The notes beneath the pieces were generated by a model that did not search any database, was not told where the DNA came from, and worked only from the letters and a program-made list of their open reading frames with translations. Source: Actinomycetota bacterium (GTDB lineage: Bacteria > Actinomycetota > Acidimicrobiia > Acidimicrobiales > JAJPHE01). Taken from it: 64,000 nt of DNA. Below are positions 17,881-26,486 of the stretch, one piece after another; within the stretch, counting starts at the first letter, position 1; the number at the start of each line of letters is the position of its first letter. The DNA lies in contig DAHUYE010000008.1 in NCBI GenBank assembly GCA_027315345.1, positions 55,265 to 119,264 of the forward strand. The letters run 5' to 3'. The translations under genes were made by a program, and so were the position numbers.

Positions 17881-20175
17881 ATGATCACATCGGGCCCGGG
17901 CCTGCTGACGGCCGGTTGGGACGAGCTCGGCGCCGAGGCGGCCGCCATCCGGGACGAGCGTTACGGCGGGCGCATCACCTATTCCCCCAAGGTCTTCATC
18001 CCCCTGACCCACCTGTGCCGGGACCGCTGCGGCTACTGCACCTTCGCCCAGCCCCCGGCCCGGGTGGTGGCGCCCTACATGAGCCTGGAACAAGTCCTGG
18101 TCGTGGCCAGAGCCGGCGCCGAGGCCGGATGCCACGAGGCTCTCTTCACCCTCGGGGAGCGACCCGAGGAGCGCTACCCGGCGGCCCGGCAGTGGCTGGA
18201 CGAGCACGGCTTCACCTCCACGGTGGACTACCTGGTGGCCGCCTGCCGGGCCGTGCTGGACGAGACCGGACTGCTCCCCCACGCCAACGCCGGGGCCCTG
18301 TATGAGTCCGAGCTGGCCGCCCTGAGGCCGGTCAGCGCCTCCCAGGGGATGATGCTCGAGTCGCTCAACCCCGATCTCGAATGCCATCGGGGCAGCCCGG
18401 ACAAGGAGCCGGCCCGGCGCCTGGCCACCCTGGAGGCGGCCGGCCGGCTGGCCATCCCGTTCACCACCGGCATCCTGGTCGGGATCGGGGAGAGCCGAGC
18501 CGACCGCCTGGAGGCTCTGGAGGCCATAGCCGCCTCGCACGCCCGCCACGGTCACGTGCAGGAGGTGATCGTGCAGAACTTCCTGCCCAAGCCCGGCACC
18601 TCCATGCACGCCGCCCCGCCCTGCCCGGCCGATGAGTATCTGTGGACGCTGGCGGCGGCCCGGCTGGTTTTGGACCCGGCCATCCATCTGCAGGCCCCGC
18701 CCAATCTCACCGAGGACTTCGGCGTCCTGCTGGACGCGGGCATCGATGACTGGGGCGGTGTCTCCCCGGTGACTCCCGACCACGTCAACCCCGAGCGGGC
18801 CTGGCCGGCCCTGGACCGGCTCCGCCAGGTCACCGAGGGCCGCGGCTACAGCCTGGCCCCCCGCCTCACCCTTCATCCCTCCTTCGCCCTGAACCCGGCC
18901 CGCTGGCTGGATGCCGGCATGGGCTTTCCGGTCATGGACCACTCCGACGCCGAGGGCCTGGCCCGGGACCACTCGTGGAGTTCGGGCGGGGACCTGGCCC
19001 CGCCGGCGCTGATCCCTCCCGGCCCGGCCGCTCCCGCCGGCCCCCTGGACGCCCGCCGCCGGGGCCTGACCCCGGTGGGGGAGGTCCTGGCCGGTGTCAT
19101 TGCCGGACAGGAGCCGGGCGTGGACGAGCTGACCGTCCTGTTCTCGGCCCGGGGCCCCGAGGTCGGGGCGGTGGCCGAGGTGGCTGACGAGATGCGTCGG
19201 CGGATCTCGGGCGAGGCCATCACCTGGGTGTCCAACCGGAACATCAACTACACCAACGTGTGCACCTTCAAGTGCCGGTTCTGCGCCTTCTCCAAGGGCC
19301 CGCTCTCGCTCAACCTCCGGGGTGACCCTTATCTGCTCAGCCTGGATGAGATCACCGAGCGGGTCATCGAGGCCGAGTCGCTGGGGGCCACCGAGGTCTG
19401 CCTGCAGGGTGGGATCCATCCCAAGTTCGACGGGGAGTACTACCTCGAGGTCCTAGGAGCGGTCCGGCGGGCGTCGGAGCGCATCCACATCCACGGCTTC
19501 ACCGCCCTGGAGGTGACCGAAGGGGCCAAGCGACTGGGCGAGCCGCTGGACGCCTATCTGCGCCGGCTCATGGCCGCCGGTCTCAAGACCCTCCCGGGTA
19601 CGGCGGCGGAGATTCTCGATGACGAGATCCGGGCCATCCTCTGCCCGGACAAGGTCAACACCGAGGAGTGGCTCGAAGCCCACCGGGTGGCCCACTCGGT
19701 GGGGCTGCGCTCCAACATCACCATCATGTTCGGCTCGGTCGAACAACCGCTGCACTGGGCCCGTCACATGGTCCGGACCCGGGACCTGCAGAAGGAGACG
19801 GGCGGCTTCACCGAATTCGTCCCGCTGCCCTTCGTGCACATGGCCGCCCCTCTGTACCTGCAGCGCCGCAGCCGGCGGGGTCCGACCTTCCGGGAGGCCC
19901 TGCTCATGCACGCCGTGGGTCGGATCGCCTATGGGGACCTGGTCCCGAGCATCCAGGCGTCCTGGGTCAAGATGGGCGTGGAGGGGGCCAGGCAGTGCCT
20001 CCGGGCCGGGGCCAACGACCTCGGGGGGACCCTGATGGACGAGAACATCTCCCGGGCCGCCGGGGCCACCCACGGCCAGCGCATGGACGAGGCCGGATTC
20101 CGGGATTTGGTCGAGCCCCTGGGCCGGCCCCTGGAGCAGCGGACCACCCTCTACGGCCGGGTGGCCACTCCGTAA
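17881..20175 (+). CDS. fbiC: Bifunctional FO synthase FbiC (CofG+CofH fusion, F420 chromophore synthesis)
   Basis: 764 aa with two radical-SAM motifs, CRDRCGYCTF in the N-terminal half and CTFKCRFCAF in the C-terminal half. Length and order match FbiC. Confidence 0.93.
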   Translation: MITSGPGLLTAGWDELGAEAAAIRDERYGGRITYSPKVFIPLTHLCRDRCGYCTFAQPPARVVAPYMSLEQVLVVARAGAEAGCHEALFTLGERPEERYPAARQWLDEHGFTSTVDYLVAACRAVLDETGLLPHANAGALYESELAALRPVSASQGMMLESLNPDLECHRGSPDKEPARRLATLEAAGRLAIPFTTGILVGIGESRADRLEALEAIAASHARHGHVQEVIVQNFLPKPGTSMHAAPPCPADEYLWTLAAARLVLDPAIHLQAPPNLTEDFGVLLDAGIDDWGGVSPVTPDHVNPERAWPALDRLRQVTEGRGYSLAPRLTLHPSFALNPARWLDAGMGFPVMDHSDAEGLARDHSWSSGGDLAPPALIPPGPAAPAGPLDARRRGLTPVGEVLAGVIAGQEPGVDELTVLFSARGPEVGAVAEVADEMRRRISGEAITWVSNRNINYTNVCTFKCRFCAFSKGPLSLNLRGDPYLLSLDEITERVIEAESLGATEVCLQGGIHPKFDGEYYLEVLGAVRRASERIHIHGFTALEVTEGAKRLGEPLDAYLRRLMAAGLKTLPGTAAEILDDEIRAILCPDKVNTEEWLEAHRVAHSVGLRSNITIMFGSVEQPLHWARHMVRTRDLQKETGGFTEFVPLPFVHMAAPLYLQRRSRRGPTFREALLMHAVGRIAYGDLVPSIQASWVKMGVEGARQCLRAGANDLGGTLMDENISRAAGATHGQRMDEAGFRDLVEPLGRPLEQRTTLYGRVATP

Positions 20176-20200
20176 CCGGCGGCGGCCGTCCGGGCCGGGG

Positions 20201-20419
20201 TCAGTCGAAGAACTCCTCCGGAACCTCCTCGGCGACCGGCGCCTTCAGCAGGTGCACGGCCCGCTCCACGGCCCGCCGGGCCCGGGTTATGGCCCGCTCC
20301 TCGGCGGCGTCCCCCCCGGTGGCGGCGGCCTCCCGCAGGCGGTCCAGGGCGGCATCGGCCAGCTCATCGGCGATGCCCTCCAGGCGGGCCCGCAGCTCCT
20401 CCAGATCAGCCATGGTCAT
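20201..20419 (-). CDS. Hypothetical small helical acidic protein
   Basis: 72-aa ORF overlapping the glcF 3' end by 14 nt. Composition is helical and protein-like (ELRARLEGIADELADAALDRL). No family recognised. Confidence 0.4.
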   Translation of the reverse strand: MTMADLEELRARLEGIADELADAALDRLREAAATGGDAAEERAITRARRAVERAVHLLKAPVAEEVPEEFFD

Positions 20420-21557
20420 CCTCTCCGGCCCGGGCGATGGCCTCGTCCAGCAGCTCCACCGGGTGTCTCACGTCGAGGCCGGCGGCGGCCAGATGCATGG
20501 CGCAGCCGGGATTGGCGCTGGCCACCACCGACGCCCCGGTGGCGGCTATCACCCCCAGCTTGCGCCGGCGGATGCGGGCGGCCATGTCCGGGTGCCACAC
20601 CGAGTAGGACCCGCCGGCGCCGCAGCACAGTCCCTCATCGGACAGTTCGACCACCTCTTCCACCGCCGCCGCCAGCAGGGGGCGGACGGCTCCGTGGACC
20701 TTCTGCACGTGGCGGAGGTGGCAGGCGTCCTGGATGGCGACCCGGAGCGGAAGCCGGTACATGGCCGGGAGAGTCCGGCCCCCGAGCCATTCGCTGATGT
20801 CCCGGACCCGGCCGGCAAAGGCGTCCCCCTCCGGGCCCAGCACCCGCCCGTATTCCTTCATGTAGGCGCCACAGCCGGCCGAGTCCACCACCACCGGATC
20901 CGAACCGGGCATGGAGGCGGCGGTGGCGGCGGCCTGGCGGTGGGCGATATCGGTGAGCCCGGCATGGGCGGCCAGGGCCCCGCAGCAGCCGGGCGGGCTG
21001 GGCCGGGTGGCGGCTCCGGTGGCTTCCATGACTCGCTGGGTGGCGGCGTGGACCGGGCGCTGGAAGGCGTCCATGACGCAGCCGGTGAGGATCCAGGCGT
21101 CGTTCCCGTTGTGACCGAGCCGGGGCCGGCTCCAGGCCACCCGGCCCAGGCCGACCCGCCTGGGCATCAGGTGGAGGCGCTGGGCCACGGCGGCGGCGTA
21201 GGCGCCCGCCACCAGCAGGCGACGGTGGGAAAGAGCGGCGAATCCGGCCCGGCGCCACCAGGGCTGGTAGGACGTCTGCTCGGCCAGGGTGTGGCGGGCT
21301 CCCTCCATCAGCCGGCCGAAGGGCACCGATGAGGGACAGGCCGCCTCACAGCCCCGACACTGGACGCAGAGGTCCATGAACCCCTCGAACTCGGCGTCGG
21401 CCCGGGCCGCCCCGGAGTGGACCAGGCGCATGGCGGCGATACGGCCGCGGGGGGAAGCCGACTCGTCCCCGGTCACCCGGTAGGTCGGGCAGTGGGGCAG
21501 GCAGAGGCCGCAGGAGACGCACAGGGCGAGCTCATCGTCATCCACGGCCAGCTTCAT
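20406..21557 (-). CDS. glcF: Glycolate oxidase iron-sulfur subunit GlcF-like ((Fe-S)-binding, CCG domains)
   Basis: 383 aa with two ferredoxin-type motifs (CVSCGLCLPHCP, CVQCRGCEAACP) followed by Cys-rich CCG-type repeats. ATGA overlap with glcE. Confidence 0.85.
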   Translation of the reverse strand: MKLAVDDDELALCVSCGLCLPHCPTYRVTGDESASPRGRIAAMRLVHSGAARADAEFEGFMDLCVQCRGCEAACPSSVPFGRLMEGARHTLAEQTSYQPWWRRAGFAALSHRRLLVAGAYAAAVAQRLHLMPRRVGLGRVAWSRPRLGHNGNDAWILTGCVMDAFQRPVHAATQRVMEATGAATRPSPPGCCGALAAHAGLTDIAHRQAAATAASMPGSDPVVVDSAGCGAYMKEYGRVLGPEGDAFAGRVRDISEWLGGRTLPAMYRLPLRVAIQDACHLRHVQKVHGAVRPLLAAAVEEVVELSDEGLCCGAGGSYSVWHPDMAARIRRRKLGVIAATGASVVASANPGCAMHLAAAGLDVRHPVELLDEAIARAGEDDHG

Positions 21558-22480
21558 GCCGCCATCCTCCCCGGGTTGAGCCGGCCGGTGGGATCGAAGC
21601 GGTCCTTGACGCGCCGGTTGAGCTCGGCCACAGCCGGCTCGGAGGCCGCCGAGGCCGCGGCCGGGCCGCTCAGGTGCACCACCCCCACCCCCAGTTCGGC
21701 CAGGAAGGAGCCGGCCGGATGGTCCCGGGCCCAGGTGGCCACCCGGCCCGGGGCCATGGATAGCCGGCCGCCGACGGGCACAGCCGGGGGCCCGTCCGTT
21801 TCCGCCCAGGCCGGCCCGAGGTGATGGGCCTGGGCGTCCACATCAGAGGGATGGCCCTCCAGCAAGACCCAAAGCCGGCCGCCGTCCCAGAGCACGGCAC
21901 TGGGCCGGTACAGGCCGAGCAGGGGCTGACCGGGAAGAGCCGGGGCCGGACCGGTCAGCCATCGGCCGGCCCGGGGCCGGGGGTAGGTGCGCAGCACGAC
22001 CTCGCCCAACAGGCCCAAGGTCCCCAGGGATCCGACCAGGAGGCGGACCAGATCGAAGCCGCTGACGTTCTTCACCACCGGGGCCCCGGCCTTGACCAGC
22101 TCACCGCCGGCCGACACGTAACGGATCTCCAGGACGTGGTCGCGCACCGGTCCGTGCCGTAGGCGCCGGAGCCCGGCCCGGCCCACCGAAAGGATTCCGC
22201 CCACGGTGGCCCGCTCCGGATCGGCGGGATCGAGGGGCACCATCTGGCCGGCCCGGTCGAGGACACCGGCCAACTCGGCCATGGTGGTGCCGGCCCGGAC
22301 CCTCACCAGCATCTCCTCGGGGCGGTGGTCGACCACCCCGGCCGGGGCGGCCACGATCCTCACGTCGGGGTGGACCGGCCCCCCCACGTCCCACTGGGTG
22401 GCCCCGCCCCGGACGGCCACGGGGTCGTCACGGCCGACTTCGACGGCGAAGTCCTCGAGGGCGCCCATGTTCAGATCCAT
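21554..22480 (-). CDS. glcE: Glycolate oxidase FAD-binding subunit GlcE-like
   Basis: FAD-binding PCMH-type pattern (VAVRGGATQWDVGG...GVVDHRPEEMLVRVRAGT...). Start is ATG 22480 or 22468, at the glcD stop. The upstream part of the 377-aa track ORF is an artefact. Confidence 0.78.
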   Translation of the reverse strand: MDLNMGALEDFAVEVGRDDPVAVRGGATQWDVGGPVHPDVRIVAAPAGVVDHRPEEMLVRVRAGTTMAELAGVLDRAGQMVPLDPADPERATVGGILSVGRAGLRRLRHGPVRDHVLEIRYVSAGGELVKAGAPVVKNVSGFDLVRLLVGSLGTLGLLGEVVLRTYPRPRAGRWLTGPAPALPGQPLLGLYRPSAVLWDGGRLWVLLEGHPSDVDAQAHHLGPAWAETDGPPAVPVGGRLSMAPGRVATWARDHPAGSFLAELGVGVVHLSGPAAASAASEPAVAELNRRVKDRFDPTGRLNPGRMAA

Positions 22481-23898
22481 ACCCCGGGTGGCACCGACTG
22501 CAGATCCCCGCAGCGGGAACCGGAGGGAATGACCTTGTCCGGGTTGAACAGGCGGCTCGGGTCGAAAGCGTCCCGCAGGGAGTCCTGGGCGAGCAGGTCG
22601 GCCGGGGAGAACAGCAGGGGCATGTAGTCCCGCTTCTCCAGGCCGATCCCGTGCTCCCCGGAGAGCACCCCGCCGGCCTCGATGCACACCCGGATGAGTT
22701 GGTCCCCGGCCGCCTTGACCCGATCCAGCTCACCGGGCCGGCGCCGGTCGAAGAGAAAGAGGGGGTGGAGATTTCCGTCCCCGGCGTGAAAGACGTTCAT
22801 GACCGCCACTCCGTTGGCGTCGGCCAACTCGTAGACCCGGGCCAGTATCTCGGCCAGGCGGGTGCGGGGCACCACCGTGTCGTGGAGGTAATAGTCCGGG
22901 GCGATGCGGGCCACGGCCCCGAAGGCCGACTTCCGCCCCTTCCACAACAGGTCCCGCTCGGCGGCGTCGGCGGCCATCCGCACCGAGGTGGCGCCCCGGG
23001 CCTGGGCCAGCTCGATGACCTCGGCGGCGGCGGCGGCCACGCCGTCCTCCAGGCCGTCCACCTCGATGAGAAGTACGGCGGCGGCGTCGGCGGGGAAGCC
23101 GGCGTGCACGTACTCCTCCACCGCCTTGGTGATGCGGGCGTCCATCATCTCCATGGCGGCCGGGATGATGCCGGCCCCGATTACAGCGGTGACGGTTTCG
23201 GCGGCGGCCTCCACGGTAGGGAATCCGATCAGCAGGGTCCGCAGCGCCGGCGGCAGCGGGGTCAGGCGCACGGCCACGGCCACGGCCACGCCCATGGTTC
23301 CTTCGCTGCCCACGAAGGCGCCTCTCAGGTCGTACCCGAGGCCCTCCGGCTCGAGCCCACCCAGGCGGACCAGGACTCCGTCGGCCAGGACCACGTCCAT
23401 GGCCAGGACGTGGGCGGTGGTCACCCCGTAGGCCAGGCAGTGGGGACCGCCGGAGTTGTTGGCCACGTTGCCCCCGATGGAGCAGGCCTGCTGGCTGGAG
23501 GGGTCGGGGGCGAAGTGCAGCCCGAGCGGGGCCACGTGACGCGACAGGTCGAGGTTGAGCACCCCGGGTTGGACCCAGGCCACGGCGTTGTGCGCGTCGA
23601 CCTCGAGGACCCGGTTCATACGGGTGGTGACCACCACCACCGGCTCGTGGCCTTCAGCGCCCACCGGAACGGCCCCACCGGCCAGACCGGTGCCGGCGCC
23701 CCGGGGAACCACCGCCCTCCCGTGGGCGGCAGCCACCTTCACCACCGCCTGCACCTCGGGCGTGGTCAGGGGGAAACAGACCACTCCGGCCCGGCCCTCC
23801 ATGATGGAGGCGTCCCGGTTGTAAAGGGCGCGTTCCAGTCCGCCGCTGCGCACCCGCTCCTCATCCAGAGCCGCGACCAGCTCCGATACCAGGGTCAT
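22471..23898 (-). CDS. glcD: Glycolate oxidase subunit GlcD (FAD-linked oxidase)
   Basis: 475 aa with PRGAGTGLAGGAVP, a FAD_binding_4 pattern, and the C-terminal GEHGIGLEK motif. Confidence 0.9.
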   Translation of the reverse strand: MTLVSELVAALDEERVRSGGLERALYNRDASIMEGRAGVVCFPLTTPEVQAVVKVAAAHGRAVVPRGAGTGLAGGAVPVGAEGHEPVVVVTTRMNRVLEVDAHNAVAWVQPGVLNLDLSRHVAPLGLHFAPDPSSQQACSIGGNVANNSGGPHCLAYGVTTAHVLAMDVVLADGVLVRLGGLEPEGLGYDLRGAFVGSEGTMGVAVAVAVRLTPLPPALRTLLIGFPTVEAAAETVTAVIGAGIIPAAMEMMDARITKAVEEYVHAGFPADAAAVLLIEVDGLEDGVAAAAAEVIELAQARGATSVRMAADAAERDLLWKGRKSAFGAVARIAPDYYLHDTVVPRTRLAEILARVYELADANGVAVMNVFHAGDGNLHPLFLFDRRRPGELDRVKAAGDQLIRVCIEAGGVLSGEHGIGLEKRDYMPLLFSPADLLAQDSLRDAFDPSRLFNPDKVIPSGSRCGDLQSVPPGVWI

Positions 23899-24682
23899 GG
23901 GAGCCAGTCTGCCCGACCACTACTCTCCCCCGGTGCCCCGTCCGACCGACGCCGCCCACGAGTGGATCAGCATCCCGGACCCGGAGGAGGAGCGGACCTG
24001 GATATTCGACGTCACCTTCCTCCTGTCCAACTGGACCTGCATCTTCGGGCGCGGCTGTCAGGGCGTGTTGACCGAACCGGCTCCGGAGTTGGTGCACGGC
24101 TGCTGCTCCTACGGTGCCCACTTCAGCGATGCCGATGACGTGGCCCGGGTCGAAGCGGCCGCCGCCACGCTGACGGCCGAGGACTGGCAGTTCATCAACA
24201 AGGGTCGGCGCGGCGGCGTGACCCGCACGGACAAGAAGGGTGTCGTCACCACCCGGATGGCCGAGGACGCCTGCATCTTCCTCAATCGTCCCGAGTTCCC
24301 CGGCGGGGCCGGCTGCGCCCTGCACCGCGCCGCCCTGGCCCGTGGGGAGCGACCCATGGATCTCAAGCCCGAGGTGTGCTGGCAGCTGCCGCTGCGCCGG
24401 GAGGATCTACGCACCGAGGACGGCCACGTCATGACCACGGTGACCCAGTGGGACCGGCGCCATTGGGGAGGCGGAGGAGCCGAATTCGCCTGGTGGTGCA
24501 CGGAGGAGCCGGCTGCGTTCGTGGGTGCGGTCCCCGTCTACGAGGAGATGGCCGGTGAGCTCGAGGCCATGGTCGGCCCGGCCGTCTACCGCTCCATCCG
24601 CCAGATACTGACCGAGCGCCGGGCGGCGGGTACCGCTCTCCCCCACCCAACCATCAGGCGGCGGCGAAAGGCCTCGGCCTAG
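23897..24682 (+). CDS. Conserved cysteine-rich hypothetical protein
   Basis: 261 aa with 8 Cys in conserved-looking contexts (WTCIFGRGCQG, HGCCSYGAHF, ACIFLNR, GCALH, VCWQLP). It resembles actinobacterial conserved hypotheticals, and metal or Fe-S binding is plausible. Its ATG overlaps the glcD ATG on the other strand (CATG). Confidence 0.6.
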   Translation: MGASLPDHYSPPVPRPTDAAHEWISIPDPEEERTWIFDVTFLLSNWTCIFGRGCQGVLTEPAPELVHGCCSYGAHFSDADDVARVEAAAATLTAEDWQFINKGRRGGVTRTDKKGVVTTRMAEDACIFLNRPEFPGGAGCALHRAALARGERPMDLKPEVCWQLPLRREDLRTEDGHVMTTVTQWDRRHWGGGGAEFAWWCTEEPAAFVGAVPVYEEMAGELEAMVGPAVYRSIRQILTERRAAGTALPHPTIRRRRKASA

Positions 24683-24696
24683 CCGCCGGCCCGGCC

Positions 24697-24900
24697 TCAC
24701 TCGACCTCTTCCAGCTCCTCTTCCTCGGTGGCCAGGCACCAAGAGGCATGGTCGTCCCCCGGCTCGGCCCCGCACTCGACGCAGGGTTCCTCCAAGGTGT
24801 CCACCGTCCCCAGCACCTCGGAAACAATGTCCTCCACATCCTCATTGGAACGCTTGAGCGCGCGCGCTTCTTCGAAGCGCCGATGACGTCCCTTCTTCAC
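24697..24900 (-). CDS. Hypothetical small protein (basic N-terminus, acidic C-terminus)
   Basis: 67 aa with a GTG start preceded by GAGGAG at 6-nt spacing. Sequence MKKGRHRRFEEARALKR...CVECG...WC...EEEELEEVE. No family recognised. Confidence 0.5.
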   Translation of the reverse strand: MKKGRHRRFEEARALKRSNEDVEDIVSEVLGTVDTLEEPCVECGAEPGDDHASWCLATEEEELEEVE

Positions 24901-25005
24901 TGGCCGCTCCTCGACTGAGGGCTGAATGAAGGAGGCATTGTACTTCCGCCCGGGGCCCGGCGGGACCTCGCCCGGTCGCGCCCCGGCCCGGTAGCGTGCC
25001 CGGCC

Positions 25006-25230
25006 GTGGCCGAAGACCTCGATGTGCAGGCGATGATCGAGAGGTTCCGGGAGCGGGCCCGGGCCGTGCGCAGCCGGGGCGTGCCGCCGATCGAGGGGCC
25101 GGAGCGGAAGCGCTTCATCGAGGCGGCCCAGCTGGACTTCCAGGATTTCGCCATGCTGGGCGACGCTCAGGGGGCTATGGAGGACGGGGTGCTGGTTCTG
25201 CGCATCGACCTGCGCCCGCCGGAGGGCTAG
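25006..25230 (+). CDS. Hypothetical small protein
   Basis: 74-aa ORF (GTG 25006, alternative ATG 25033) with protein-like composition. No clear SD and no family recognised. Confidence 0.42.
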   Translation: MAEDLDVQAMIERFRERARAVRSRGVPPIEGPERKRFIEAAQLDFQDFAMLGDAQGAMEDGVLVLRIDLRPPEG

Positions 25231-26486
25231 GTCACCGGGCGGTGGGACCTCTCCTCCAGCACCAGTCCCCCGTGCCCGTCGAAGGCCAGGGAGGCTGACC
25301 CGGCGGCCAGGGCTTTGACCGGGTTACCCACCACCTCGGCCCGCCAGCCCTCATCCAGGCGGCCGGGCCGGCCCGAGAGCAGATCGGACAGCTCCGAGCG
25401 GGTGGCCAGCAGACCGGCGTCGATGTCGAGATCCTCGGCCAGTTGGCCCACCCAGGCGGCGGCCAGGGCCACGGCCGGGCGCCGGTCCCGGTCCACCGAG
25501 GTCTCCGGGGGCATCCTGACCTCGGCGGCGGGCAGTTCCAGGCCCCGCTCCACCGCCGCCAGCAGGCCGGCCTCGTTGTCCCTCCCGATGCTGCGGCCCT
25601 CCAGGCCTCGGGTCTCGGACAGGGCGGAACGGGACCGGGGCGGGCGGTGGGCGATGGAGGCCAGGGCCATGTCGGGCAGGACGTGGCGGGCCGGCCGGTC
25701 CAGCTCGGCGGCCCGGCGCTCCCGCCAGGCGGCAACCTCCTGGGCCACGGCCCGGGATCTGCCCTTGAGGGAGCGGCTGTCGCGCATCTTCCACCAGGCC
25801 TGCTCGGGGGGTGAGGGCTGGCGCCGGCGGGTGACCAGCTCGGCGCATTCCTGCTCGGCCCAGCTCAGCCGGCCCAGGGCCTCCAGGCGGGTGGCCAGGA
25901 CCCGGCGGATCTCCTCCAGGTGGATGACGTCGGAGGCGGCGTAGGCCTGCTGGCCGGCGGTGAGGGGCCGACGGGTCCAATCCGTCAGCCGGTCGCTCTT
26001 GGGCAGGGACACGCCGATCAGCGACTCGGCCAGCCGGGACAGCGAGGGGGTGGCCATGCCCAGGAAGCCGGCCGCCACCTGGGTGTCGAACAGCCGGCCC
26101 GGGGCCACCCCACAGGCCAGCTCCAGGACCTCGATGTCCTGGTCACCGGCGTGGGCGACCATGGTCCCCGGCCCGGACAGGACCCCGGCCAGGGGCCTCA
26201 CGTCCACCGCCAGCGGGTCGACCAGGGCCACCCCGCCCTCCCAGGCCACCTGGAGCAGGGCCAGGCGGGGGAAGTAGGTCCGCTCCCGGTGGAACTCGGT
26301 GTCGAGTGAATACCGCTCCACTCCCGACCAGATCCGGCACAGCTCCTCGAACCGGGACTGACTATCGACCCACTCCCCCGCCGCGCCGATTTCCGCCTCC
26401 GGCTCAGCGCCCATTTCCGCCTCCGGCTCAGCGCCCATCTCCGCCTCCGGCTCAGCGCCCATCTCCGCCTCCGGCTCAGCCGCCAT
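25227..26486 (-). CDS. rnd: Ribonuclease D (DEDD 3'-5' exonuclease + HRDC)
   Basis: Motifs LDTEF (ExoI), HAGDQDIEVL and YAASDVIHL (ExoIII), followed by an HRDC-like region. The N-terminus is built from four 8-aa repeats, each starting with Met, so the start could be 26486, 26462, 26438 or 26414. Confidence 0.85.
   Translation of the reverse strand: MAAEPEAEMGAEPEAEMGAEPEAEMGAEPEAEIGAAGEWVDSQSRFEELCRIWSGVERYSLDTEFHRERTYFPRLALLQVAWEGGVALVDPLAVDVRPLAGVLSGPGTMVAHAGDQDIEVLELACGVAPGRLFDTQVAAGFLGMATPSLSRLAESLIGVSLPKSDRLTDWTRRPLTAGQQAYAASDVIHLEEIRRVLATRLEALGRLSWAEQECAELVTRRRQPSPPEQAWWKMRDSRSLKGRSRAVAQEVAAWRERRAAELDRPARHVLPDMALASIAHRPPRSRSALSETRGLEGRSIGRDNEAGLLAAVERGLELPAAEVRMPPETSVDRDRRPAVALAAAWVGQLAEDLDIDAGLLATRSELSDLLSGRPGRLDEGWRAEVVGNPVKALAAGSASLAFDGHGGLVLEERSHRPVT
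26391..26486 (-). repeat. 4 x 24-bp tandem repeat (ATGGGCGCTGAGCCGGAGGCGGAG on the coding strand)
   Basis: Read directly from the sequence. The units are 26463-26486, 26439-26462, 26415-26438 and 26391-26414, with 1-3 mismatches. They encode M(A/G)AEPEAE repeats at the rnd 5' end. Confidence 0.92.

Noticed and set aside
17830-19419. 529-aa minus-strand ORF opposite fbiC, and the 554-aa plus-strand ORF at 19668-21332 that overlaps the fbiC 3' end and runs opposite glcF.
   Set aside because: Both overlap genes with strong radical-SAM or Fe-S signatures. Their translations are low-complexity Gly/Pro/Arg/Ala and carry no motif.
24861-24877. Hairpin-capable palindrome GCGCTTC-TTC-GAAGCGC inside the 5' end of the 67-aa ORF.
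   Set aside because: It lies within a plausible coding sequence (RRFEEARA) and is short and GC-rich. I have no evidence for a regulatory role.
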